NCBI GenBank assembly: GCA_013239625.1
Contig: MU053487.1
Span: 515,058 to 579,057 of the forward strand
DNA length: 64,000 bases
Source of the DNA: Lama guanicoe
Taxonomy: Eukaryota
Direction: 5' to 3'
Shown: piece after piece, positions 13,461-26,471 of the stretch
Layout: the number at the start of each line of letters is the position of its first letter
How positions within the stretch are numbered: the stretch's first letter is position 1
Notes under the pieces: model-generated
What the model was told of the DNA's origin: nothing
Seen by the model: only the letters and a program-made list of their open reading frames with translations
Databases searched by the model: none
Translations under genes and position numbers: made by a program

Positions 13461-13871
13461 GAGTGGAAGCTTTGATGAACTGCGTGGCAGTGGTGGAGAT
13501 GGGCAGGTGCAGGAGCAGACGTACCCAAGTCATATATGAAAGTTGGTAAACCTGTTTTTGATCAGTAGTTTACCAGAGGTGTTAATCTGCCTAACTGGAT
13601 ATAAACAGTTACCTTAATAAGAAATAGTATTTTAAGAAATATATTGTTTTCCTAGGCAGATGTAAGTTTGCTTTTAGCCAGTGATAGTAATAAATATTTT
13701 TCTTTAGTGTTACAGTTTTTTGTTTACAGTTTTTTCATTGCATGCATTTTAGCTACTGGTTTATCCATTAAAATATTATATTAATTAACCTTAAAATGGC
13801 TTATTGAAATTTGATTTGTGGGCCACTCAAAGTAAGCATGTGTAATTTTAGTATATTCTTAAACTAATCCT

Positions 13872-14009
13872 TTGTTTTTCTTTTGGTGGTGGTGGGGGAG
13901 GTAATTAGGTTTATTTATTTATTTATTTTTAAAGAAGTTACTGGGGATTGAACCCAGGACCTCCTGCATGCTAAGCATGAGTTCTATCACTTGAGATACT
14001 CCCTCCCCA
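13872..14009 (-). mobile_element. tRNA-Ala-derived SINE (camelid Vic-like)
   Basis: Reverse complement has A box, TTAGCAT anticodon loop, B box GGTTCAATCCCC, then (AAAT)n and an A-rich tail. Confidence 0.85.
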
Positions 14010-14119
14010 CCTTAAATCGGTTCTATTTGCATAAATCTATGTGATCTTTAATTTAGCTCTGGTAATTTTACATTTTGACCTCTTTTTATATTTAATTTAT
14101 CAATTAATTATTTTTTTAC

Positions 14120-14718
14120 AGTTTTTTCTTCCTGTTTTATTGAGATAAAATTAACATACAACACTGTATAAGTTTAAGATGTACAGCATCATGATTTGAT
14201 ATACATACATCATGAAATGATTATCACAGTAACTGTGGTGAGCATCCATCATCTCATACAGATACAAAATCAAAGAAATAGAAAACAGTTTTTTTTTCTT
14301 GTGATGGAGCCCTTAGGATTTACTCTCTTAACCACTCTTCTTTCATATATAAGATACAGCAGTGCTAATTATATTTATTGTGTTGTACATGACATCCCTG
14401 GTACTTACCTATCTTATAACTGGATGTTTGTACCTTTTGACTGCTGTGATTAAATTCCTCCTCCCCCAAACCCCCTTATCTGGTGATTGCAAATCTGATC
14501 TCTTTTTCTGTTTGTTTTTGGAGTAGAATTGACCTATAGCACTATGTCAGTTTCTGTCAAACAGCATAGTGATTCGATATTTCTATACATTTCAAAATAA
14601 TCACAGTGAGTCGAGATGCCATCCATTGCCATACAAAGATACTACGTAATTATTGACTACATTCCAAACTCGTGACTCATTTATTTTGCAGCTGAAAGTT
14701 GGTACCTCTTAATCTTCT
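14120..14718 (-). mobile_element. L1 3' UTR fragment (L1MA9-like)
   Basis: T-rich tail then ttttattgagataaaattaacatacaacactgtataagtttaag, typical of an antisense L1 3' end. Confidence 0.8.
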
Positions 14719-14719
14719 A

Positions 14720-14951
14720 TACAATAGGGAAAAGACAACCTTTTCAGTATATAGTGTTGGGAAAACTGGACTACTTTCTCACACCATGCACAAAAATAAA
14801 TTCAAAATTGATTAAAGACTTAAATGTAAGATTTGAAATCATAAAACTTCTAGAAGAAAATATAGGCAGTATGCTGCTTTACATGGGTCTTAGTAATATT
14901 TTTTTGGTATGTCTCCTCAGGGAAGGGAGACAAAAAGAAAAATAAACAAAT
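14720..14951 (+). mobile_element. L1 ORF2 fragment
   Basis: Translation [34 protein letters not shown] resembles the L1 ORF2p C-terminal region. Confidence 0.9.
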
Positions 14952-14967
14952 TTGCTCTGTTTTTTAG

Positions 14968-15022
14968 ATATTATGACCAGATCTGTTCCATTGAACCCAA
15001 ATTTCCATTTTCTGAAAACCAG
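14968..15022 (+). CDS. PDCD6IP: ALIX exon 2
   Basis: tttttag|A TAT TAT GAC; YYDQICSIEPKFPFSENQ; donor CAG|gtaagt. Confidence 0.97.
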
Positions 15023-15848
15023 GTAAGTCTTTAATTTGTTTTAAAGGTTTATGATAATGGTGAATCACCCATTTCCTCCTGCCTGTGGTATTTTACTAAA
15101 ATAAATGGTGCCTCTTCACTGTCATTAAGTTTTTATGAGACTTTTAAAATACAAATTAGAAATTTGTAAAGCCCATCTGATATGAATCTATATCCTTTTG
15201 AAGAGTCTCCTGGAAATTCTGTTCATGTCATTCCTCAGTCACTTCGCGGCTCATGCAGTGTGTTGGGTTGCACTGTTTAATCGATAGAATCTGTAGACTA
15301 ATATAATCTCTGGTGTCCTTTCCTTTGGTTTTTACGGAATAAAATAGGAAACTGTGATTCAGGAAGTATTAGTCTAGCTTGTGTGCTTTAAAAATTATTT
15401 GCACAAGTTGTATTTGCATATAAATTTGCAAATGTTCTTATGATTAGATATTGTACTATAAGTATGTCAATTTTTACTTTCTCTTAAAGGCTAGATATTG
15501 AAAATGCTGATTTCTTACAGTTTTATTTGGGAGAGTTGCTAAAAGTTTTTGTGTGACATTTCTAAATTTTACTTTATAAAAAATACTTTAAACATTCTGG
15601 TACTAAAATTTTTACAGATCAAATAATATGGTGAGATTTCCTTTAAAATACTCCAGGAAAAAGAGTGTGTGTTGGAAGTGGGGTTGGGAAGTGAGGTTAG
15701 ATGAACCAAGAAGGGCAGAAGGCTGAAACTGGTGATGGGTATGTGTGAGTTCCTTGTGTTTTTCCCTCTAGTTTGGGTGTGTATTTTTTTTTTCTGTCTT
15801 TTGTTTTTTTTTTTTTTTTTTTTCCTTTTTCAATTTTTTTTTTTTTAA

Positions 15849-15944
15849 NNNNNNNNNNNNNNNNNNNNNNNNNNNNNNNNNNNNNNNNNNNNNNNNNNNN
15901 NNNNNNNNNNNNNNNNNNNNNNNNNNNNNNNNNNNNNNNNNNNN
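15849..15944. other. Assembly gap (96 N) inside a poly(T) tract
   Basis: Run of N. Confidence 1.
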
Positions 15945-16737
15945 TTTTTTTTTTCTGTCTTTTGTTTTTTATTTTTATTTTTTTCCTTTTTCAATTTTAT
16001 TATTTAGAATTACTACAGTTTGATAGTTTGGGTGTGTATTGAAAATTTCTCTAATTCAGGGTTTAAAGTTTTGTATGAATTGTGGTATATAAATAAAAGA
16101 GGCTAAGATCTTTTTAATCTTCACATGTGGACTACTTTAGAAGAATGAAATTCAGTTTTTTAATTAAGTAGACTTTACTCATGTATAACATACATACAGA
16201 AAAGTGAACATGTTGTGTGTGTAGCTTGAATCTTCACAAAGTGAATTTACATGTATAGCCACCACCCAAATCAAGAAATAAAATATCATCTCATCCTGCC
16301 TTCCAAAGGTAAACATTCTCCTACTTTTGCCATCATGGAATAGTTTTTAATTTTATCTGCTAGGAAACCTGTAGCACTTACTTTGTTGCCTTTACTTCTT
16401 TTGGCTTATTTGACAGTCATTTACTAAGTACTTGTACTGTTTAAGCCACTGTGTAATTGTAAAGATGAGTAAGGTCGTGTTTGCTGAAGAAGACAATATA
16501 GGTGCATTTACTGAGGCAGAATGACCATTTGAAATAGCCTAGTGCCAGTTTTTTACTTATAGAAGAGAAAATTTTATGGTCCACAAAAAGGAGAAGGAGT
16601 TGATTGATTAGAGAAGATACTGTTTTAGACAGGTTGAAGCTTTTGCCTTTTCTTCATTGTCGATTTTTATTCGAGAGACTTATTTGATGAGGTCCAGGAA
16701 GGTAACATAATTTTCTCTTTTTTCTCTTTTTATCAAG

Positions 16738-16807
16738 ATCTGTTTGACATTTACTTGGAAGGATGCTTTTGATAAAGGTTCACTTTTTGGAGGATCCGTA
16801 AAATTGG
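16738..16807 (+). CDS. PDCD6IP: ALIX exon 3 (includes the KGSLFGGSVK lipid-binding loop)
   Basis: tatcaag|ATC; ICLTFTWKDAFDKGSLFGGSVKL; donor G|gtatgt. Confidence 0.97.
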
Positions 16808-18412
16808 GTATGTAATTTTTAAATAAAAATGATAGGAAACTTGGTCTAAATACTTTGTATTGTTGTTTTAGGTTTTTAAAATTGCTCTCCTGACTCTTTG
16901 TAAATAATAAAAAAATTTGTTTCTTTTTTTTTTTTAACTTCAACTTTTAATGCAATTTCCAAATATTTGTAGAGAGCCTATGCCTTGCCAGGCACTGTCC
17001 TAGTTTTAAAAATGAATTAGATAGTTGTACTCAGTCTGGTTGGGAAGACAGTTGATCCTTCTAAAATATAGCAGGGAGTACAGTAGTCTTTGAACAAACT
17101 ATGGGAGCATAGATGAGGAAGTAGTTAATTCTGCCTGTTGAAAGCAAACAATGTTTGAGTGAGGCTTTGAAGGATGAATTTGGTTTTTCCAGATACAAAA
17201 TATTATTACAGGTAGAACATTATAACCAAAGGTCAGAAGAGTAAAGGCTTTTTTGCTCTACCAGCTCAGCAAGTTCACCTTTCTGCGCATTAATTTTCTC
17301 ATCTGTGAAGTGGGTAACAGTACTGTGAGGTACTGTTTATTTCATTGGGTTCTTGTGTGGATTAAATGAGTGAATACAAGTCAAGTCCTTAGAACAAGGC
17401 TCAGTAAATATTAGCGGCAATGAATGATGTTAACGTTATGTTACGTATAACTATATATTATATAATGTGTTTGCATTATAGAATATGTACTGCATAATAT
17501 TACATAACAATGTCGTATAGTATAAGTTACTATATGTAATACATATTAGTATTGTTAAAGCTTGAAACTGTGGGTATATTGGGGATGGGGGGGTGAAGAC
17601 ATTGGAGAGTAGATGGTGACGAGTTGGAAATATACTGTGAATTTGTGTTCTTTCCTCTTATGTGTTAATAACTACTATATATTGAGTACTTATTCCACCT
17701 GCGCACTGTGAAAGGACTTTATACACACTATCGTACTAAATTCCCTAATAGCCCAATGAAAGGCACTGTTATTACCAGTTGTACAAACTGGTTTAGAAAG
17801 AATAAGTGACTTTCTAAGATCATACAGCAAAGACTAATGAAGCCGGATATGACTCCAGGATGCCTAACTCCAGAGACTAAAGAGATAGAGATCAGTTAGA
17901 CTGGTGAGAGATGAGACTAGACAAGGTAGGTAGTATATGTGGGTCAGGGAAGGGGTGGGTCTGAGAGGTAGTTCAGAGATGAAACTGGTGGATCTGCTGG
18001 TATCTGTCAAAAGGAAGAGTAGGAGTTGAAGGTTGAGTCTAAGATTTATAACTTGGTTTGACCTGTGGATGATAATTCCTTTCAATAGACAGGTTAAGTT
18101 TGGCTTTGCCATGTTACATCTGGGTGGAAATTTCTCTCTGGGATTTGGAAATAATGTATTTAAAGCTCAAAAGAGGTAGAGACACAGATTTGGGAACAGC
18201 TTTCATTAAATGATAATGAATTTATTTCCTCTGCGGTAGATGATAGATTGGGGAAAGTATGAAAGCCAGAGCCGGGGAATATAACATTCAGGGGAAATGA
18301 AGGAAGAGGTTCCTAGAAATGCAGTTGAGAAAAAGCTTTCAGATCTTAGAGGAACCAGGGAAAAACAGGGATATGGAATTGAATGCCAGAAGAGTTTCAA
18401 AGATTGTGTAGT

Positions 18413-18590
18413 CCAGTGGTTCCCAAACCTGTCTGCACATTATGATTACCTGGGGAATACGTTAAAAATACAAATTGCATCTTTAAAGATAAAGGTACAG
18501 AATGCCAGATGTGATAGGGAATCTCACCGTGGGCCACTGGAATTCATGTCTTTGAAATACCTTCAGATGACTCTGAACATTATTGCACAG
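18413..18590. mobile_element. MER5-like hAT element
   Basis: cagtggttcccaaacct...gcacattatgattacctggg. Confidence 0.55.
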
Positions 18591-21500
18591 AGACATTGTG
18601 GCAGGTCATGACATACAAGGTTGTAGATTCACTGGAATTGTCAGAGAAGGAAGTTTCACTCGGGGCATGCTGAAGAAGTCAGACTGTGGCAGGTTAAGGG
18701 GAGGATCAGAAGCCAGGAAATGTGGGGAGCACTTGTAGGTGGCTGACTTCAGAAAGCATGCAGAAAGGATTTGGGGACAAAGGGAGCCTTATGCTGAGAG
18801 AGAGGCAAGATCAAGGAAAGGACTTTTGGTGCTGTAGTGGTAAGCCAATTGTTTGTCTGAGAATAGGGAGCAGATGACAGGAGAGCTAGGAGATACTTAA
18901 GTGAGATAGGTTAAGTTCGTAAACCAGGGACCTAGAATAAATGGGAAGCAAAAAAAATTAAGAGCGTAAATAAAGCAGGAGGTAGGTCATCAGGGCATTT
19001 CTAGTAAGAAGTATTGGCAATTAAATATCCATCAGTAATGTTTTGGTTAAATAAAGCATGGCTACATATTCATTTGAATATTGTGTTATTTTAGATTATT
19101 AAGAATGATAATGCAGATATGTTATTTGTTGTCCTGTAAAGCTATGTCCATTGAATATTGAATAAAAGGTCTGTTACAGGACAGAGTTGGTGCATCTCCA
19201 TAGCTCAGGGGGCCCCAGACTGGTCTGCTTGGGATGCCGTTAGTATAGAACCCAGGGTATTGTTGCTTCCTGGAGTTGTGCATTCCAGACACCCTGAGTA
19301 TGGTGTAGTGTACTGTTTGTGGAAAACGGGGTATGTGGACCTACATATATATAGTTATTTATCAAGATACTCAACAAAAGATTACTGGGGAACTCTGGGA
19401 GATTTGATATTGGATCATTTTTAATTTATTTTCTTGTGTGTGTGTGTGCGTTTAAACAATTAGCTGAATTTAAGAACATCTATTTTTATTTATAATCAAA
19501 CTGTTTTCATTTTGAAAAACTTAGTGAAAAAGAAGAGCTCAGGTGAAAAACAAGAATGGAGTTGACTATTGAGGAAAAACTCTTTGAAGAAAGGAGAATT
19601 GAATATTTTAAAAAAAACCTTAAGTTTAGATATGATAGACGAAATCATAAAAGAAAAAAGATTTAATTACAAGAAAAAGTTTTCACAAAATCTCTGAAAC
19701 ATGAGAAATTATCAAAATAAAATGACAGACTGCAGCTTGGGATGCATTGTTTATGGGAAATATAGCAGGCTGAGTTGTGTATCTTATACATAAAATGTTT
19801 ACTTTTATCTATTGCTTGGAATGTATTCCATTCTGTTTCAACTCCACTAACTTTCTGTCATATGGTTGGTAAGTTGCTTCATATTTAGACTATGACTTTC
19901 TTGTATGGCTCTGTGTGTATTTGGATGTCTTACTTGCTCCATGACCACTCACATTTTGTGCTTTTACCATATTCTCAAGATTTTCCAAACTCTCAGTCTT
20001 GCAATTTATTTCTCTGAGCTCCCTTTTTCCTGAGAGACTCTTCTGTTTCCTTTGTCGTCTTCTGTTTTCTTGCTTGAATCTGGACTGCTGCTATTTAAAG
20101 CTGCTGCGTAATTATTGTCCATTAGGTTAGAGCCATGTTTTCCGGATAGTGTGTTTCCCTCTTTTACTGGAATATACTTGTAAGTAACTTTGACAGAAAA
20201 GGTCAGATTTTTGAATCTCTTCTTTGTGAAAATGTCTATATTTTGCCCTCACATGAATTTGGTTTGAAATTCTGGCACCTGGTGCTTAGGTCATTCTTGA
20301 CATTATTTCACTTCATTCCCCACATTTAGCTAATTTGTCCATAAATCCTGTCAGATTTTCTTTTGAAAGATACTAGAAATGCAGTCACTTCTCAGCACTT
20401 TTCCTGCTGCCATTCTGGTCAGAGCTGCCATCACCTCTCAGCATTTTCCATCCATCACCTCTCAGCACCTTCCTGTAGCAGCTGCCTGCCCTCATCTCCG
20501 GCTTCCCTGCAGTCTGTTGGCCACCGTGCAGGATTAGTGAGTCTCTTCTCAAAACTCTCTTGACTTCCCAGTGCACTCAGAGTAAAAGCTAAAGCTTTAC
20601 TGTGTAAATTGGTTCTCTCTTACCTCCCTGACGTCATTTTGTCCCTTGTTCTCTTTTTTTGGCCCATACTGGCTTTAATATATGTTTGTTGAATTAATTA
20701 GAATTATGTTTCTTCAGAACTTGAAGACATTGTTCCCTTGCCTTTAGTAACAGTAATCCAGGGTTACTGATGAAAAGTCTGCCGAGTGTTCTTTTGTAGG
20801 TGACCTGTTTCTTTTTTCTTGCGAAGATTTTTTACAGTTTTCTCTTTATCTTTCATGGTTGGAAATCTCAGAAGATCCACTTGGCCTTCACTTTATTCTT
20901 TGGGAATGGCATTTACTGCTGTCCCTTTCAGTTTGCAGACTCATGTGTCCTTCATCCCTGGGACGTTTTCATGAATTTCTTTGATAGTTTCTTCTTCATT
21001 CTTCCCCCCTGCTTCTGCTTGGAATGCTGTATGTTAACTGGATGTTGGCTGTTCTGAGCTACTTACTGACAACTTCTACACTTTTCTTTCTTCTTCTTTT
21101 TTTTTTTTTTCCCATTTATAGGCTGCCTCATTATTTTCTAGCCTTTCTTTTGAAAAACTTCTAGCAGTCAAGGTTTTAATTTCCAAGAGCTTTTTCTTAT
21201 TCACAGATTGTTCTTCTTAAATAACATCCTCTACTTGTTTTATGGATGTACTGTCTTTGAGTGTCTTTAAGGATACTAATTAGGATCTGTGAAATGTTGT
21301 TTTCTATTCCTGGAATTGTTTACTCTGGGCTCTTGTTTTCAGTTCACCTTGATCTTTATTTTGCTGCATGCTCTACTCATATCCTGGTTATTCTAGATTT
21401 TTATACATTTATTTAACAAATTAGGTTAGAGTAGATGGTGTGTATGTCTGCTTTACTTTACGGTGAGGAGGCTAGAATTAGGTTGGCGGCAAGTGAGAAA

Positions 21501-21769
21501 CTGGCCATAATTACAGGGGAGACTACTAAAATCCTGTATAACAAGGAGGGTTTTACTTGATGGCACTGCTGTGTGGCATAAACATACAACTGTAGTGTTG
21601 TTCTGATGTTCCTAGATGGTTTGTTCAGTGGGTTTTTTTTTGGTTTTTTTTTTTGTTTTTTGTAAGAAGCCTTCTGATTATTCTGCTTAGTGCTGAATAT
21701 CTGGCATATTGTGTAAGACCTTGAATGTCACTGTGATTGACTTTGTCCCTTTTTTGTGTGTGTGGTTAA

Positions 21770-22450
21770 AAAGACCCATAACATAAAATTTACTGTCTTA
21801 ACCAATTTTAAGTGTACAGTTCAGTAGTGTTAAGTATATTCCAATTGTTGTGAAACAGATCTTGCAGAGCTTTTGATATTGCAGATCTGAAATTCTGTAC
21901 CCATTAAACAACAAGTCCCCTTCCCCCATCCTTGGTGACCACCATTCTACTTTCTGTTTCTCTGAACTTGACTGCTTAAGATACCTCATATGGGTGGAAT
22001 CATAGAGGGTTTGTCTTTTTGTGACTGGCTTATTCCACATAGCATAATGTCCTCAAAGTTCATGCATGTTGTAGCATGTGAGAGAATTTTATTTGTTCAT
22101 GAATCAGTGGATGCTGAGGTGCTTTCACATTTTGGCTGTTGTGAATAATTCTGCTATAGACATGGGTGTACGAAATATCTCTGAGACCCTACTTTCAATT
22201 CTTTTGGGTTTATACCCAGAAGTGGAATTGTTGGATTATATAGTAATTTTATTTCCAATTTTTTGAGGGATCCCTGTACTGTTTTCCACAGTGGCTTTAA
22301 CAGAGTGGTTCCAATTTCTCTACATGCCTGCCTACCAATTGTTATTATCTTCCCTCCTTCCTTTCTCTCTCCCTCCCTCCCTTCCTTGCTTCCTTGCATC
22401 CCTTCCTTTCTTTCTTTGATAGTAACTATCCCAGTGGATGTGAGGTGTGT
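21770..22450 (-). mobile_element. L1 3' end fragment (L1MB-like)
   Basis: cataacataaaatttact...aagtgtacagttcagt; tacccagaagtggaattgttggat. Confidence 0.8.
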
Positions 22451-22958
22451 AGATTCTTGGTCAGAATTGTATTTTAACCAAATAATCTTCTAGCCTTCTG
22501 GGAAATGTATTGGCAGAAAGGGAGTGAGACATGGCGGGCCAGCTAGGAGATACTTACATTGGCTTAGGTTTGTAGGAGTGAGGAACTGGTTTAAATGTCA
22601 TGGGAAGATACAGTTTTGAGAGAGGTGGTGGAAAAATGGAAAGAATTTATTTGAATTGGATTTAAAATGACATGAGAATAGCTTTTCATTTCGAATCTGA
22701 CTAATAACAGTATGGACATAAAGGAAAGGAAAGATTAATTTGTTGATCTTTGAGTTTTAGATGTTGACAATATTGTTGTGGAAATAAATGTCTGGCAGGG
22801 CAGCTAGAAATATGGGAGTGTATTATGGGTGAGAAAACAGGTTTCCACTTGTTTTTATGAGAGCCAGTGGGATAGAGGTCATAGTATTTAACTTTGAAAC
22901 ATTCATTTTCTTCAGAAAAAAATAATCTGATGAATTTTTCCTTCTCAATTTTTTACAG

Positions 22959-23086
22959 CTCTTGCAAGCTTAGGATATGAAAAGAGCTGTGTGTTGTTCA
23001 ATTGTGCAGCCTTAGCTAGCCAGATTGCAGCAGAACAGAACCTGGATAATGATGAAGGATTGAAAATCGCTGCTAAGCATTACCAG
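22959..23086 (+). CDS. PDCD6IP: ALIX exon 4
   Basis: ttttacag|CT; ALASLGYEKSCVLFNCAALASQIAAEQNLDNDEGLKIAAKHYQ; donor CAG|gtacgc. Confidence 0.97.
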
Positions 23087-25030
23087 GTACGCAGAACAGC
23101 AGTTACTCCATAATGATCGATGCTAAGTTGGATTAAACTGAAAATAATTTGCATTTAGGTTTTTAGATGTTTCTTTACACACAGATACTGTCTTGAAAAA
23201 TAGTACTTTTTAATGAATTGATATATATTTTTGAAGCCCTCCGATAAGCTACTTATCTGTAGATCAGCTCTGTTTTCCCTTACCATGATATACCCAGCAC
23301 CTAGCACAGTGCCTGGCACATAATAAAGGCTCGTTAAATATTGGGAGAACAAGTGATTAAATGTTGAAATGAAATCCTTGGTAATTTCCTTTTAAATAAA
23401 TGACCTCATTTAAAATATTTGTACATTATTTTTACATAATTTTTCTTAAGCACACACTTAAAATTTCACCAGTGTCACAAAAATTAAGACTTCTTGGCCA
23501 GAAAATTTTAACTCTGAGACTTGTGGAGAGGTCATAGTTAAATGTGACCAGATAAGTAATTTTCTTAAGTTAGCTATATTTAGATTTTAGATGCTGTCAT
23601 TTACTAATATGGCATATTATTTGGCAGCAGTGTATCATTTACTCAGCCTTTATTTTTTGTTTCAGTTTAAAGAGCAATAAGTGATTATTATTAAATGATA
23701 TCATCTATAATTATGTTTTCATGTTTTATATTGCTTTAAAATTTACAGAGTATGTTCATGTTTTCACATAGACTTTCTGATGCATGTTATATAATGTCAT
23801 TCTCATTTTATAGGCAAAGAGACTAAAGGGCAGAAGTGTTAATAAAGTGGTCCTCTGGGGTTTCAGGTGTTCTGATTCCAAATTTTATGGAATTTGAAAT
23901 GGTCCTTAGACTGTCTTCCATGGTGCTGGAATTTGCTTGTTTCAGAGATGGAGTTTGATCTTCCCCATTGCTTAAGTTTAGGGGAGAGGTGATGAGTGCT
24001 GTTCTAAGGAAGTGAGGGAAAATGCACTTTAAGCAACCACGTGCTCCAAATTGTGGCATGCCGTAAGTTTTGATGGGTGCTGATGATAAACGTGATGCAT
24101 ATATCTTTCCTTTGTGGGGCTATAAATGGCAAATATTTTAAAATGTGAAAATGAAGGAAAATTTTATTTAGTTTTCTATTAATTGTAACTCCGTTAGGTG
24201 TCATGGGAGCTCTTAGAGGGTATTCTGAATTACCGAGGACACATTCCATTCTGTGAGTTACCTCTGTGATTCACAGCAGGTGCCCTATTACAAAGCAGGT
24301 CAGCTGATCACTACTTGGAGACATACATTCTAGTTTCACAGTCCTTCATGTCTGCAGCAAACATGATGTTCACTTTAATACAGTTAGTTTTGAGTTTTTG
24401 TTGTGTAGCTTAACTGCAAAACCCACAACACCTTTTAACCTCAGATTGATATGTCTCTTTTTCCCAGGGTCATTTGTTTCATAAAAGCAAAGTTAGTTTA
24501 GTGTTAACCTCAGCGACATATAGCTGAGAAGGAAAACCTGATGTGGAACATTTCACCAGGGGGCTCTGAAAGCCAAATAAAAAATTGTTAGTACAGGGTA
24601 GTCATGGTCACTAGGAATCTATACTATTTGAGGTTTCCCTTAAGTATGGCATGTTTAATTATTTGAGAGATGTACTTGGGACCAAAGCAAGAGCGTTTTG
24701 GTACTAAAAACATTTGTCCTTGCCTCTGTTCTCATGTTAGTTTTCAGGAAGTATTTCTAAAAAGTTTAATCAAGTTGTCCCATAAATTTACTTTTTTGCT
24801 GCACTTGATTTTTACTGTAGGTTAAATCTCATGAAATTCTATAATGTTTAGGAAAATATCCTTATTGTCTGTAGGTCAGGTGTTTTAGATCTGTTTTTCA
24901 CAATATAAAAATTTAAGTACAGTAACTGTTCAGCTGAGTTAACATTTGAAGTGGTTTTGTGTGTAACAGTAGAACATTGTCTTGCTGAGTTCCTATACAT
25001 TTTAAAGAAATTCTTTTCTTCCTCCTCTAG

Positions 25031-25184
25031 TTTGCTAGTGGTGCCTTTTTACACATTAAGGAGACGGTTTTATCTGCCTTAAATCGAGAGCCTACTGTGG
25101 ACATATCTCCAGATACTGTTGGGACCCTCAGTCTTATCATGTTGGCACAGGCCCAAGAAGTATTTTTTTTAAAAGCCACGAGAG
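25031..25184 (+). CDS. PDCD6IP: ALIX exon 5
   Basis: cctctag|TTT; FASGAFLHIKETVLSALNREPTVDISPDTVGTLSLIMLAQAQEVFFLKATR; donor G|gtaatt. Confidence 0.97.
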
Positions 25185-25959
25185 GTAATTCCAATTTGTC
25201 CTCCATTTTGTTACATGTGAAAAGAAGTGACAGACTTTTAACATAAGAAAGTGATAATAATGTGTTCAGTGTAGAGCTTTCCTCTGAACTTAGACACATG
25301 AATTATTGAAAATTCTCAGCTTTCATTTTCTGGCCTTAAGATGGTACAGATGCGCATTTAAGAATGTAGGCTGTGTTTGAAGTCTGATGAAATGAATAGT
25401 TAAGTATTGTCTTAAAACACTGAATTCTGGAGTAGTATTTATATAGGTTTGTAATATGTCAGAAATTCATTCATTCAGCACATATGTGTTGAGTACCAAC
25501 TGCCACTCACTGTTCTAGGCGCTAGATACAGTTAGACAAATGAGATTTCTATTTTCAGGAAGCCTACATTTTAGTGTGGAGGAGGTGATAAAACAAGCAA
25601 TTCAGTAGCCAAGGTAATTTTAGAGAGAAATAATTGCTATAAAGAAAAAAAGATGTGGCAGTGACTGGTGGTCTGGCTGTGGGGTAAGGATGGAGGGGAG
25701 TCATGCTAATCTTAGATCCATTAGTCAAGAAGAGATTCTTTGAGGAGGTCTTGTTTAAACCAGACTTAATTGATAAGGAGGCATCCAGGCGGAACCTCTG
25801 GCCTTGTGAATGAGGGAATAAGAACAGTTCTTATAAGGCATGTAAGTTAGTGTGAGAGATTAGAATAAGGACTGAATATGTAAGTACAAGAAATTGAAAA
25901 TAAGGGAGCAGTCATCAGGTGGAAACTTAGTGGACTGGAAAATTTTTTCTTTTAAAATA

Positions 25960-26190
25960 ATAGCTTCTATTAAGATAGAATTCATATACAAAAGCATTTG
26001 CCCTTTTAAGGTATACAATTCACTGGTTTTTGGTATATTCAGAGTTTTGCAACCATCACCACTATCTTATTTTAGAACGTTATCATCCCCCCAGAAAGAA
26101 ACCCCATACCCACTGTCAGTCACTCTCCATTCCCCCTTTCCCCCAGCCCCTGGCAACCACTAATCTATATTCTGACTCTTTTTATCTGCC
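25960..26190 (-). mobile_element. L1 3' end fragment
   Basis: agagttttgcaaccatcaccactatc...cccagcccctggcaaccactaatcta. Confidence 0.75.
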
Positions 26191-26370
26191 TATGGAGTAA
26201 TTAAGTTGTGTGCGGAAGAGTTGATTTCATCAATAAGGATTTTTTTTTTAAAAAAAAAAAAGGCAAATGTACTTACTTATGAGCTCAATGTCTGTACTGA
26301 GTTATCATGGTACATCAGATTATTGTATATTTATTTTCATTATAACAGTCAATTTAATATTTTATTCTAG

Positions 26371-26471
26371 ATAAGATGAAAGATGCCATCATAGCTAAAT
26401 TGGCTAATCAGGCTGCAGATTATTTTGGTGATGCTTTTAAACAGTGTCAGTACAAAGATACTCTCCCCAAG
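26371..26471 (+). CDS. PDCD6IP: ALIX exon 6 (I212/L216 CHMP4-binding patch)
   Basis: attctag|AT; DKMKDAIIAKLANQAADYFGDAFKQCQYKDTLPK; donor AAG|gtcagt. Confidence 0.97.

Noticed and set aside
14754..14945. ORF with L1 ORF2p similarity as a possible gene
   Set aside because: A ~230-nt dead L1 fragment, not a functional ORF.
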